From: Neocallimastix sp. 'constans'
Lineage: Eukaryota
NCBI GenBank assembly: GCA_050613775.1
Contig: JBODTK010000136.1
Location: forward strand, 186,001-250,000
Length of the DNA: 64,000 nt
Direction: 5' to 3'
Numbering within the stretch: the first letter of the stretch is position 1; each line of letters opens with the position of its first letter. Below the pieces are notes generated by a model. It made no database searches. It worked only from the letters and a program-made list of their open reading frames with translations, and was not told where the DNA came from. This document shows, in pieces, positions 42,139 through 56,500 of the stretch. The position numbers and the translations under genes are program-made.

Positions 42139-42526
42139 ATAAAATTTTTTGTTATTTATTAATATTATTATTATTATTATTTAATTTAATTTATTAAAAA
42201 AAAAAAAAAAGAAAACATATTAGACTTTTATATGTTTTTTTATAATATAAATTTTGTATTTTGTGTTATAATAAAAATTAACACAAATCAATAAATATAT
42301 TTATGAAATTAAAATAAAATTGATTAAACATATATTATATTAGTTAATATTTAATATATTTATTTAATTAAACAATGTAATTATTAATATATGTAATTAT
42401 CATAAATTATATATTATTTATATTAAAATATTAAAAAAATATTATATTAATATGGTACGTAATCACATGATTATTAAGGTAATGTGATATTCTTTATGTT
42501 GTAGTTGGTTTAATAGTGTATTTGAG

Positions 42527-42730
42527 TTATTAATAATTTTTAATATTTTATAATTATAATATTATTTCTACTAAAGAAAAACAAAAACAAGAATTATTAA
42601 TAATTTTTAATATTTTATAATTATAATATTATTTCTACTAAAGAAAAACAAAAACAAGAATTATTAATAATTTTTAATATTTTATAATTATAATATTATT
42701 TCTACTAAAGAAAAACAAAAACAAGAATTA
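42527..42730. repeat. Perfect 67-bp tandem repeat x3 upstream of eIF1
   Basis: The unit ttattaataatttttaat...ctactaaagaaaaacaaaaacaagaa starts at 42527, 42594 and 42661. Confidence 0.95.
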
Positions 42731-43379
42731 ATACTTTATGTATTAATAATATATACTTATGTTCTTTAAGTATTAATAATATATACTTATTATAAATAAA
42801 TATAATTATTATAATATAAACTATTAAATTATATAAACTTTAATATTTTAAAATAAAAAATATAATTTAATATTTATGAAATATATATCAGAAATATAAT
42901 ATAATATATACAAAATATAAATAATATAAAATATAAATAATATAAAATATATAAAATAATAATATAAATTATTATAATAAGATATAATTCTCTTCCTGTC
43001 TAAAAAAAAAAAAATTATAATAAGATATAAATTTAATATCTGAATAAATAAATAAAACATAAAATTTATACATATTTATTACTTAACATATTTAATATAT
43101 ATTACTATTTTTTATTTATAACACATATACATATTAAAAACTATTTTCTAATATATAAAAAAAAGAACATAATAATTGTATTAAAACTATTCTAACGTTT
43201 TAAACTTTATTTATTATAAATTTAATTACATTACAACAATTTATAGATATATTATTTAAAAAATTATAATTATATTTATAATGAATTTTATAAATGAACT
43301 AGTTAAATTCCAAACTTCAATTTGTGAATTATTTTATTTATAAAAATTATATATTAAAAAGATACATATTTTTACTTTT

Positions 43380-44765
43380 ATTAATTAAAATATTAACTTA
43401 GAATTATTAATAGAAATACTAAATTTTGTTAGAAAATTAGTATTTTTAGTTTACATAATTTGTACTTTTACAACTTTTATTATAGTATTGGATATTAAAT
43501 TGTATATTAAAAATAAATAGGATATAGTAATAATGTATAGTTCATATAATTTATGATACAAATAATTTAGTTTTAAATTTTTTTTTATTTTCTATAAGCC
43601 TCTTTTATATAATTAATATGAAAGCACGTATTTAATGTATTCAAATATATAATTCACTAAATGTATTTTATATGAATAAATATTATTGAATTATGTATTA
43701 TTAATAAATAAGCCATTTACTTCTAATAAATAAAATTAGTAAATAAGCAAAACAAATTTTTAACAGATTTAAGAGTCTCATTTGACACTATAAGCATATA
43801 TAGAAGTATAGAATACTTGCTATAATGTTATTAATATTGAACATTCTAATTATATTAAATTACTGAATTTTTAATTAACTAAAATTTGTATACTCATATA
43901 CGTAAATAAGAAACATATTGGGAATTAGTGAATTAAATTTAAAATGTTTCTTATATAATTTAGTAATTAATAATTAATATATAATACTTTATAAAATAAT
44001 ATTTATAATAATTAAATATATCTATAAAATGACTAGAACGACTGAAATATTTTAAATAAAATGGAATATTTTCTGTATAAGGACAGTACCTTATAGTTCT
44101 ATAATCAAATATTCAAACTTTTCAAATCGGTTAAATAATTTATTAAAAATTTTTTAATAAAATAATAATACATATTATGTATTTTATATATTTATTTAAT
44201 ATTAATAGCTGGTAATATTAATTATATTAATTTCTTAATTTTTATTAAAAAATTATAAATTAAGAATTATTAATTTTTTAATATTAATAATTATAAATAA
44301 TTTTTTTTATATATATATTTTGTAATATTAAAATAAATAAAAAGATAAATAATTGCATTTCGGAAAATTAGATTAAATTTTTAATTAGCATTTTAATCAA
44401 TACTTTAATTTTTATTATAATTTTAAATATTAAATAGTATATTACAAACAAATAGGATATTTAATAATATATAGTTTTTACAGTTTATGATACAAAAAAT
44501 ATAATATTGATTATATAGTTTATAAGCCTCTTTTAACAAAATAATTAAAGCAAGTATTTAATATAATAAAATATGAATGTTCCATTGAATATAATTTATT
44601 AGTTAGAAATAATAGTACTAATAATACTAATAATAAAAATATCTAATTTAGAATAATTAAGGGTAAATACATAAATAAAGTTGATATGATTATAGATCAT
44701 AAAATACTAACTCTAATCAGATTAAGAGTCTCATTGACTTTAGTCATAAATACATAATAGTGTTA
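43380..44765. repeat. Diverged direct duplication (copies ~43380-43830 and ~44245-44765)
   Basis: Shared colinear blocks: aaataggatat, tttatgatacaaa, tataagcctctttta, aaagca.gtatttaat, cagatt(t)aagagtctcatt(t)gac. Confidence 0.75.
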
Positions 44766-45877
44766 TTTACTATTTCAAAAATAGATGAAATTGAGTAATC
44801 CAGTGGATAAAAAATTTTTTTTGAGATCAAGTTTTGAAATTTCGAAAATGAAATTTTTGTTGTTTTGGTAAACAAAGATTGAAATTAATAAATATTAATT
44901 ATTAAATAAAAGTTATTGAAAACTTCTGCCTAAAGAAATGAATATTATTATTCAGGAAAAGAAATAAATTACAATCAATATTGCTAATTTAAATTTAAAT
45001 TAATTTTAATTTAAAAAAAAGTAAAAATTTTTAAATTTAAAAACAATATAAATATTTTAAATTTAATTTAATTCGAAAAATAAACAAATAACTTAAATTT
45101 AAATTAATATATGTTCAGATGAAGAAGAAAATCAAAGTTAATAAAACAAAAAACAAAGAATATCAGTCATATAAAATGTACGTAAAAAATTTTATTATTA
45201 GTTCTTTTTTTTGCTTGATTTACCTTAGTCTCATCTAAAACATATTAAAATGCATAAGATATAAATTATGAAAATCATGGTCCTTCGCAAAATATCATAA
45301 ATTTATCCAAGACATGACAACAAAATCAGAAAAACAACTTCATGAAGAAGATGTTGTTAAAAGGTAATTTGTTAACAAGTTGAAACTAATGTTACTTATG
45401 AACATATAAAATTATAGTTGATTCAGGTATGAATGTTGTTGATAATGAATTAGATGTTAAAGATGATAAAGATTAAGGTGAAAAAAAAATAAAAAAATAT
45501 TTCTGGCAGTCGTTGAAAATAAAATCCTTGGTTCTGTTTCTTATGAAGTTAACCCTAGATTATACTCTAAAAATGGATTATAATATAATAAAATTGATAA
45601 TCCAATGAAAATAAATCTGTTGGAGTTGTACAGAATAATCTCGAAGATCTCCAGTTCATGAAAGAACAACAACTTGTAAATATGACACATATTCATCATT
45701 AAACCAATTTATTCAATACTGAATAACTAGGTTAAAATGGGAATTATTTGAAATATATGTAAAATGTATTAAGACATAAAGCAATATAATTCATGTTTAA
45801 GCCACCATGCATTAATATAAAAACTTTTAATAGAGTAACTCTTTGGTAACTCTTTATCTAAAATACCAACTCTTGTC

Positions 45878-45928
<51 letters not shown>

Positions 45929-46532
45929 ATTAATACTAAAACTTTTTCTATATATACATAAAAAAATTTATTTTTTAAAATATATATTATATATTTTTAT
46001 TATTATTTTCTACAATAAAATACTAATATAAATACCATAAATTTAAAATAATTATAAAATTGCTTATAGAAATACTGTTTTGACAATCAATTAATATAGG
46101 CTCCAAGTTATTAAAAAACATATAGGGTTTTATGCTAAATATATGTTCAAAATCATGTGTTGATATATCTATAAAATTTTCATTAATTATTATTACGTTC
46201 TTTAAATAAAAATATTATGTAATTTAATAAAAAGAAATCTAATTTCAACGTTATTATTCCATAATATTCAAAGAAATTTAACTTCAAAAATATTATAATT
46301 TATTTATTTCTTAGAAAATTTTGATGCTGATAAATTATTCTATGATTATATTGATATCCTTTTCCCTTTTCTTTTATTCTTTTTTTTTTTTTTTTTCTTC
46401 CACTTTTTTTGTATTTCATTTTCCATTTTATTTATTTATTTATATATCATTTTTATTATAATTATAATTATAATTATAATTATAATTTATTATTATTATT
46501 TTTTTTTTTTTTATTTTTTATTATTATTTTTA

Positions 46533-46595
<63 letters not shown>

Positions 46596-47224
46596 TTATT
46601 TATTTTTCAATTTTTCAATTTTTATTTTTTTTTTTTATATATTAATTATTATATATATATATATATATATTTATATTTTCTTTTGTTGACTATCTTCCAT
46701 AAAATATAAAATATTTATAATTATTAATTATAATAATTATTATTATTTTATTTGAATTTGTTATTGTTATTATTATTGTATGCTATTGATTTTTTATTAT
46801 TTATTTATTTATTTTCAATTTTTATTATTTTATTATTTAATATATATATATTCATTATCATTTTCCACTTTATTTATAACAAATAATATAATATTTAATT
46901 ATCTATATAAGTTACATATATATATTTTATGAATCATATAATGTATACTAAATTTTTTTCTTTTTTCTTTTTTTTTATTTTAAAAATTTAGAAAATTTTA
47001 AATACTTCAATATTTAATATTTAAATTATCAGCAATATATTTAATTTTACAATTTTTATATAGTTAAATGAATATTTCATGATATAGTTCTAGTAAAAAT
47101 AATAAAATTTGTTGATATATGTATATCCAGTAAATTACTTCTTTTTTTATTTAAAAAACTATATTAGTAAATCTTTTGATGTTACATCTATAAATATAAA
47201 TATCTATTTATTTTACTTTAAAGC

Positions 47225-50200
47225 CTATTCATTTTCTTTATTATCTTTTATATATTGATTCATTTGATTAAATAACGGATTAGCAGTTGTATTGTTATTA
47301 TTATTGGAATTTAACATATGAACCGAAGGTGAGATATTTGGTACAGTAAGCTGAGAACTTGGTGATGTTGAGAGAAGTGCATTTTGTTGTTGACTTATTA
47401 CAGTTGGTAAGAAATAATTACCTTGGGAAGGTAATTGAGCAAATTGGGCTAAACTATTTTGCGATATTGGTGATAGGGTTCCAGACGCTTGAAGTTTTCC
47501 AATTAAATTCGGATTTTGAGTTGCCAAATAACCACTGTATTGACTAAATGGATAAATGCTAACATTCTGTTGAGGAGCTATATAACCAGTTGGATATAAA
47601 GATAATTGATTTCCTACTTGAGTTTGGAAAAAATTGGTTGTTTGATTAGTAGGACTAATAAGTGAAGTTGCTATTGTTTGTTGTGGTGATTGTGGTTGGG
47701 TTTGCAAGGTTGGATTAGTTGAAGTAAAGAAACTTGACATTGGTGTTGTTGGAGTTAATGGTGAAACAATATCTTGAACTGTGTATACTGAGCCGGGTAT
47801 AAATGCACTGTTTTCCATTAAATTAGATGGGATAACTGCAAGTTCATCAAGTAAACGCTTATAACTAATTTGAGTTGGTTTAATATCACCTATTTTGACA
47901 AGAATTTCTCTTATACGATCAGCCAATCTAATTTTTTCCTCCATATTTACACAACCATTAGATAAAATTTTCTGTATTACACTTACACCATAGATCTGAT
48001 CTCTTAAAATTTCTTCTAAATTACTATCATCACTAAAGAATATTTCTTTAATAACCATTTCTCTTGCTTCAATTTCGGTTCGTTGATTTACTAAATAAAC
48101 AATTTTATTTTTATTTTTATTTTTTATTTTAATAATATTTAGAAATAAATAAATAAATAAATAAATAAACAGATAAATAAATAAATAAATAAATAAATAT
48201 AAATAAAATAATTATATATGAACATATAAATAATAAATTATATTGACTATTTATTAAATGAAATAATATTTATATCTTACCTAATTTTAAAACAGTTGCT
48301 GATGCTAATTTATGACAACAAAATTGAGATATATGCTTTAATAATTTTGGAGCTAATGCACGATATCTTCCTGGAAGAGAAGATGTATCTAATAGCCAAG
48401 TTAAAAGAATGGCTCCATTTGGATTAGTACAAAGTTGAACAGAGTTATGTAAAATTGCTAACGCTACTTGTTTTTGTTGACGTTTTGTTGTATATTGTGA
48501 TTCAAGACAAGCACGAACTGATCTTGCTCCGAATCTACCCAAACCAATATCAAGACATTTTGCAGCCATCGCATCAAAAACAAATTGATTGCATTTAGTA
48601 CCAAGACGTAAACAACACTGAACAACATAATTACCAAATTGATCGAGTAAAAGAGGTGGTGTATAAGCTCTGATGGCATCGATGATTTTTTGGATTTGAA
48701 CTTGTGTTTTTGCACAATCAATCATTTTTTGAACAACCCAAGTACCATTTTTATGAACACCAAATGAAGCCATATATGGTGCTACTAATTCTATTAATTT
48801 TAATACTTTATTTTGGTCATCTGTTTTTTCAATAATTTTTTGAATGACGACATTACCGATATAATCAGTACAAAGTTCAACAGTATCATCAATAATATCT
48901 TCATAAAATGAATCAATATCTTTAGTTGATACTCGACCATCCAATTTCTTTCTAATCTCACGTAATTTATTTTGGTCAATTTTACGCTTTGATTCACTTT
49001 CAGGTAATGGAGGAATAGTTGAAAAGTATTCAACCTTTGAATCAGTAGTAATAATTGCACCATCCTTTAATGGAATTGTAATTGATGGTAATTCATTTTT
49101 ATTTGACTCGCTTTTACTATTAGTATTAGTAGTTTTATTATTTGAAGTACTTGAATCATTATTTGAAGCATTTGTGTTCTTTTTATTTTGATTATTATTA
49201 GTATTCGTAACAATTTGCTCACCTTTTGGAGGTACTTTTGCATATCCAATTCTTAAATCGGTACCATCAGAATCTTTTCCATTCATTTCTAATTTTGCTT
49301 TAATTGCATCTTCTAATTTTTCAAAATTAACAAAACCACAATTTTTATGAGTTAAAACACGAGCAGATTCGATTTTACCAAATTTTGAAAACAATTCACC
49401 TAATTCAGCATTACCAATTGATTGTGGAATATTACCTATCCACAAGGATTTAGTTGGTTGAAGACCTTTTTCATCATTTGCTGGATCTGCTAATGAAATT
49501 CTTCCATAACTTACTGTAACCTTTTTTTTAACAATTTCCAAATCAGATAAATCATTTTTTGCTTTAACGGCATCTTCTTCGTCAACATAAGTTATAAAAG
49601 CGCCATTCTTTTCTGGAACGATACGCATAAATTCTATTTCTCCGTACTTTGTAAACGGTGTTATGATTTCAATTGCTGAAGTTTCACCATCAATTGGTTC
49701 AACCCATAATGTTTTAGATTCTTGAGCCATGTTAATTTCATAATCTTCATTTTCTAAGGATAATTCTAATTTTTCTTCTTTATTTTTTTCTTCCTCTTTC
49801 TTTGCTGGAGATGCTGATGGTGCAGGTGAATTAGTAGTTAATTGAGAATTTTGAGTATTAAATGATGAAGAAAGATCATCTAATTCCAAATCTTTTTCAG
49901 GTAATGTTGTACTTTTTACACTATTATTTGAAATGCCCCCACTACCAACACTTGATGATAATGTTCCAATTGCTCCTAATCCGAGGTTATTACCAAAGAT
50001 TTCATCTTCTAATTTTCTACCTCCAAAAGAGGCAATTCTTCTATGAACATTTGTTGAAATTGGTTGTGGACCTACATCGGTTTGTTGACTTTCTAAGAAG
50101 GCAATTGAAGATGAACGTTGATGAGTATTGTATAAAAATGGTGGTCTACGTATTGGTTTAGGCTTACTCGATGCAGTAGATGATAAACCAGAAGCAGTAG

Positions 50201-51370
50201 TTGATAAGGTAGTTAAATTTGATGAATTTCCGTTTGACGTAACTGAGGTCTCCAAACCATTTGGTAAAGTTTGAGTAATTTTAGGTGGATTAGGTGATGA
50301 TAATGATGAAGAAGGCGCCATTGTAGAAATAGTGGAATTTAGTGAATTATCACCTAAACCTGAACTGCCAACAAATGACTTTTTTGGAAATGGAATAAAT
50401 GGATCGTTATTACTATTTGAAGAATTTAGAAGTGATGAACTTGGCTGATTTAAAATTAATTTTGGTTTATTGAAAATACTTGCTCCTAAAAATGTCTGAC
50501 CGGTTATACCACCGTTACCTAACAAATTATTAAATCGTTGACTTGCTGCTGTTGTATCATCTAGACCCAAATAGTCCATGGTTTTTGATAGAGCTTCTAA
50601 TTGATCAACATCGAAATCTGATATTTTGTTAACAACTGTACCATTAGAATTTGGATTACTTTCAAATAAAGATGTATTACCATTTGTTCCATTAAATCCT
50701 GATATTCCTGATGAAAATGCCGATGGATTAGATTTAAAAAGTCTATCTCCAACTGTTGAAGTTTCTTTATTATTTGTATGGGTAGACCATGGATTAGTAT
50801 TTGAAGAAACTGTATTTGAAGAGAAAAGATTTGAATTTGCACCAAATGCAGAAGATACATTTGTTCCTGGAAGGAATGATAGGGAATATGATCCTGAACG
50901 ATGCTTGGCTCCTAAAGGTCTGTGCCGTGGTGGAGGAGGTGGTAATTCACCTAAAAATTCATTGTGTGCTCTATCAAAAATTGAAAGTTTGTTATTAAAT
51001 GATGATGATAATGCGTTTACAGCATGTTGTTCTAAAGATGTACTTAATGGGGAATCACTTTTTTGTGAGGAAGAAAAATATATATTGGAACTGTTTTTAT
51101 TGTATTCATTTAGAGACACTTGATTTTGTGTTAAAGGAGAAGATCTTATATAAAATAAAGATTAATATTTATTTCAGTAATTAAATTTTATAAAATAAAA
51201 ATATATTTAACCATACATTAGAATATAAAATATATATATACAATTATAAACTTTTTTATTTAACATTATTTTTTTTTTTTTTTTTACCTAACTAATGTAG
51301 ATTTTTGAATAGATGGAGGTAATTTTGAGTTAAATATATTTGATTCTGCTTTTCCCGAGTTTGTTGACAT
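47225..51370 (-). CDS. Pumilio/PUF RNA-binding protein with two RRMs (Jsn1/Puf1-Puf2 subfamily), 3 exons
   Basis: Exons 51370-51288, 51144-48281 and 48090-47225 join in phase. RRMs: KTLWV...GAFITY and KSLWIGNI...KNCGFVNF. PUF repeats: DYIGNVVIQK, HKNGTWVVQK, DQFGNYVVQC, GRFGARSVRAC, NPNGAILL, HKLASATV. Confidence 0.92.
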
Positions 51371-51759
51371 TATTCTATGAAGTAACAATATAATAAAATA
51401 ATATTTTAGTTTTTGGTTTATATTTTTAATTTTTAAAGATCAAATACTTTACAAACATTTTAATAATATTTTAGTATAAATATTTTGTAAATTTTAAATA
51501 AAATAATTTTTGAAGCACTTATAAAACTATATTATCTTTATATTTAAGTTTTTTAATTGTAATTAATTGATTTCTAATAAATTTTAATGGATGATAAATT
51601 AACAATGAATTATATATATATTTTTTCTTTCTTAATATTATTTTCATTTGAGATTTAAAAATATTTTATATGAATAATAATTTATATTAAAATTATAAAA
51701 TATAAATTTATTAAAATAAATATAACCAATTCTCCAGGAGAAAATTGTAATTATAATAT

Positions 51760-51919
51760 TTATTTATTTATTTATTTTGACTTATTAAAAAATATATATC
51801 TATTTGATTATTATTTGCTTAAAAATTGTTTTGAAAAATATTTATTTATTTATTTTAACTTATTAAAAAAATATATATATTTGATTATTATTTGCTTATA
51901 AATTGCTTTGAAAAATATT
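51760..51919. repeat. ~80-bp tandem duplication upstream of the PUF gene
   Basis: Two copies of tatttatttatttt.acttattaaaaaatatatat.tatttgattattatttgctta.aaattg.tttgaaaaata. Confidence 0.85.
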
Positions 51920-53523
51920 AATTTTTCATTATGATTATTCATTTATTAATATTATTTATATTGATATTTTTTTAATTTTTTCTTCTTAAAAATAGAATAT
52001 TATACTGATAAATTCTTTAAATTATAATAATATTGACTACTTTAAAAATTTTATAATTTTATATTTATTTATAATTCTAATAAATTAATCATATATAGAT
52101 TTTCCATTTCTCTTCCATACTAACTTCTTTTTTTTTTTTTTTAATTTCGGTTTATCTACTTCGATATAAATATTTTTTATAACTTTTAAAGCAACTTTTT
52201 ATAAAATTAATATTAATTTAGTCTATTTTAATTACTTCTGTTTTTAAACTTTTCTTTAGATAAGTATATAGAATATTATTATATATAAGAATTAATTAGC
52301 AATTTATTTTAAAAGGTGAAATTGAAAAAATAATTGATTTTAATTTGAGAACATTTTTTAATCCATTAGTTGATATAATTACTTATTTATTATTATATTA
52401 ATTTAAAGGACTCCTTGTAAGCAATAAAAAGAAAAAAAATCGTAATGTAAAATATATATAAGAAATATATTTGTAGTAGATAATAATTATATTTTGGGGA
52501 AAAATAATTTAAATAATTAAAAAAAAAAAACAAAAACAAAAAACAATAAAAATTATTATAAAATTCTTCTTTTAAATATTTTTTTCTCTTGAATTTCTTT
52601 ATATATAAATATAATAAAATAAACTATAAATTTTAAAAAAAAAAATAAAAAATAAAAAAATTGAATATAATAAATCTAATCTAGTAACTAAAAAAATAAA
52701 GAGATTAAAATGATAAGATTAAAATAGTATTATTCATATTTTTTTATTATTTTTTTAGTGTATTTTATTATTCAATATTTTAAACAAATAAAAAAAAATT
52801 AATATACAAAAATATATAAAAATTATTATTCAATTAATTATAATTAATAATTAATAATAATTATAATAATTATAATAATAATAAATAATAAATATTAAAT
52901 ATTAAATAATAATATAATAATAATAATAATAATAATAATTTATATTATTATTTTAAATTCATATATGCTCAACAATTAATAATTTTTTATTCTAAAATTT
53001 TTATTCAATAATTAATATTAATAACATCAAAAATAATTATAATAATCATTTTATATATAATATATATATATAAAATGATTATAATTATTTTTATATATAT
53101 TTTTTCTATATTAATAATTATATATGATACTACATATACTAATAAAATTATGTAATTATATTTATTAATAGATAATTACATATTTATTGGATAGTAACAA
53201 TATAATTAATAATTACATATATACAATTTTAATTTTATAAAAAAACAAAAAAAAAAAAAAACTATGATTTTTATAAAGAAATAAATAATTAAAAAAAAAA
53301 AAAAAAAAAAGAAATTAGAATTAAAATACTTATATTAACAATAGAAAAAAAAATTAAAAACAAAAAACAGGTATTAGTATAATTATTAAAAACAAAAACT
53401 AATATTAATATTTTAAAAATAATAGCTAAAAAAAAAAATAATAAATAAAAAAAAAAAATTAACAAATTAGAAAATAATTAAATGATTTGAATCAATAATT
53501 GTTAAAAAATAATAATAGTCAAT

Positions 53524-56500
53524 TTAAGTGTATACTTCTACTTTAATACCATTTGTATGAGTACTACATGATCTTAAATGTCCATTACTGATATTATCCT
53601 TTTCGTTACTGAGTGATTTTCTTTTACATGGTGACTGCGAACGTCCACGAGTTGATGTAGAATCATATTTTTCATATGGTTTACGATGACGACTACAACT
53701 ATGACTATGATGATGCTCTTTCTTATTTAAAGGTATGTCATTTGTTGAATAATTACTTGTATTTATTAATTCATTAGAAATTGCATCTTGTTCACTTTTT
53801 ATATTTTGATAGGATTTCAAAAGATCTTGAAATTTCTTATGAAGTGAATTCAAATCTCGGTTTAAGCGATTCTTCTTTTCTTTATCACGATCATTAACTA
53901 ACATCATATAATCAGATGTTTTGTTATCATAATATTTATTTGTACAACTTTTACTTCTATCACTACGACCATAATTACTTTTTTCTTTAGAAATGGATGA
54001 TGGAGTAAGAGATGTTCCACTAATTAAACTAGTGTTTTCTGTATATCCATGACTACCACTATAATAGCTCATTGAATCATATATACTATTGCTATTTTTA
54101 TTTGATGAACTAGTTCCACTTCCACTAATACTGATATTTCCATTAGTATTTGAAGTTGTTGATGACGTATTATCATTTATATATATATTGTAATTACTAT
54201 TATTTTTAGAAGTGCTGTTGCTATTACTATTTGTTGAGCTAATTGTATTAGTTTTTCCAAAATTTCTTCCCAATGATAAACTACGTTTATCATAGGTGCG
54301 ATTACGACTGTGACTGTGATGTCTTTTACTAGTACGAGATGGGTGATTATTTTGAACATCAATAGAAAATGATGTTGAATATTCACTTTCATTATTGTTG
54401 CGATAGTTTTCTAATTCAGTTGATAATCCATCACACAACTTTTTTAATTGATGTATTGTTTTCTTTGCATTACTTAGTTGACTATGAAGTTTTAATTTAT
54501 CATCATGTAATTTTACTTTAAAGTAAATATTATCAATTGAGTCACTTTCTTCATTTAAAGTGTTTAATTTATTATTACTTTCATTTCTTTCACTATTACT
54601 TTCATTTATATTAATATTACTATCCATATTGTTCATACTTTCCATATTATTGGTAAAATTATTATTTAATACTCTACCTATGTTACGAACTCTTTCTTCT
54701 TTATTTTTACCATATTTCAATAATTCTCGTTTCAAATCAATAATTGAATTCTCTTGTTCATTAAATTGTTCTTTTATTTTTCGAGTATTTATAATTTCTT
54801 TATCTATTCCTTCAATAATACCTTGTAACTCTTGTAATGTGTATGCTTTATTATTATTATTAACATCTTCGTTAATACTATTTTGTCCGTTGTTAGTATT
54901 TTGTTCTTCTGATAAAGAAGGATTAATATTTTCATTTATGGAGTTTTCATTTGGATTATTATTTATTGGTGGACAATTATCATCAGATTTTTGTTCTTTG
55001 TTATTATTATTACTTAATGCTTCTTGCAATTTTTTTTCTAGATCTTTCTTTTGTTTATTAATATAGTAGACACATTTTTTTAAATCTTTAATTTCCTTTA
55101 TTAATTCAGGAACACTACATTTAAGTAAAGAAATTGATGATGAACAAACTGAAAAGTTTTTACTACCACTAATGTTACTAATATTATCAGCAATTTCTTC
55201 TTTGGTAGATGGATTGACTTCTTCTTTTATTGTTCCATTTGGGCTTGATATGGAAGAATGACTATTTATTTTTATATTAGTATTACTTTGATCAGTTGAA
55301 ATTACCTTAATATCATCTTGGGTTAATTCTTCAGCCTGTTTCATATTAACTGTTAATTCGTTTACTGTTGTTTGCAACTTATTATTAGTAAGAATAAGTT
55401 CTTCATTTTCATGTCTTAAAATATCATTTTCTCTTTGAAGGAGTTCAATCTCTTTATCCTTTTGATTAATTTTAATTATTTCATCCTTTACACTTTCAAG
55501 AGATAATTTAAGTTCTTGATTATCATTCTGTAGAGTGTCAATTATTCTATCCTTATCATCAATACTTCCTAGTGAACTTCGAATTTTACTATTTTCTCGC
55601 TCAATTTTGACTAATGAATCATTTTTTCGTTCAAGAGTTTCCAATGAACTTTTTAGTATCTCATTTTCTTTTTCTAGAGAAACCATTGATTCAATTTTAT
55701 TTTCTAACTCTTCAATTGATGATTTCAATTTATTGTTTTCAATCTTTGTTTTAGAGAGTTCAACCTTACTAGAACTCTTTACACTTCTAAGTTCCGTTCC
55801 TAATCTTTCAATTTCTTCTTCTGAATTTTGAATGACATTTAATAATTCTTCATTTTGTCCTTTTAATTGTTCGTTAGCATCTTCTAAGGATTCTATTTTT
55901 TTATATAACTTTTCTTCATTGTTTTCATAATTATTTACTGAATCATTATTTTGTGATGTTGATGGAATGGTAATACCATTTTCATTATTAGAAATCAAAA
56001 GTTTAGATATAGTTTGCTTCTGTTCATCAATTTTTTCTTTTAAAATTTGATTTTCTTCTATTAATCGATCATTTTCTAATTCGGATGTGTACAGCTCACC
56101 TAATAATCTTTCTTTATCACCTAATATTTTTTCAATATCATCTGATGTCATTGTACTAACCTGACCAACTTTATAGTTAATAATATTTGAATCTCTTACT
56201 GAATTTTCATCATTATGATCTATATTATTATTACTACCAATTATATTATTTCTATTTCCAAATTTTCTTCCTTGAAGATTATTTTTACTTCCTAATTTAC
56301 TTCCTTGTAAATTATTTATACTTCCTAATTTACTTCCTTGTAAATTATTTATACTTCCTAATTTACTTCCTTGTAAATTATTTATACTTCCTAATTTACT
56401 TCCTTGTAAATTATTTATGCTTCCTAATTTACTTCCTTGTAAATTATTTATACTTCCAGTTTTGCTTCCTAATACTTGGGAAGCAGTTGTTTCTATATCA

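Noticed and set aside
42527..56469. 67-bp and 33-bp tandem repeats as possible CRISPR arrays
   Set aside because: No unique spacers, no cas genes, eukaryotic context, and the 33-bp repeat is in-frame coding sequence.
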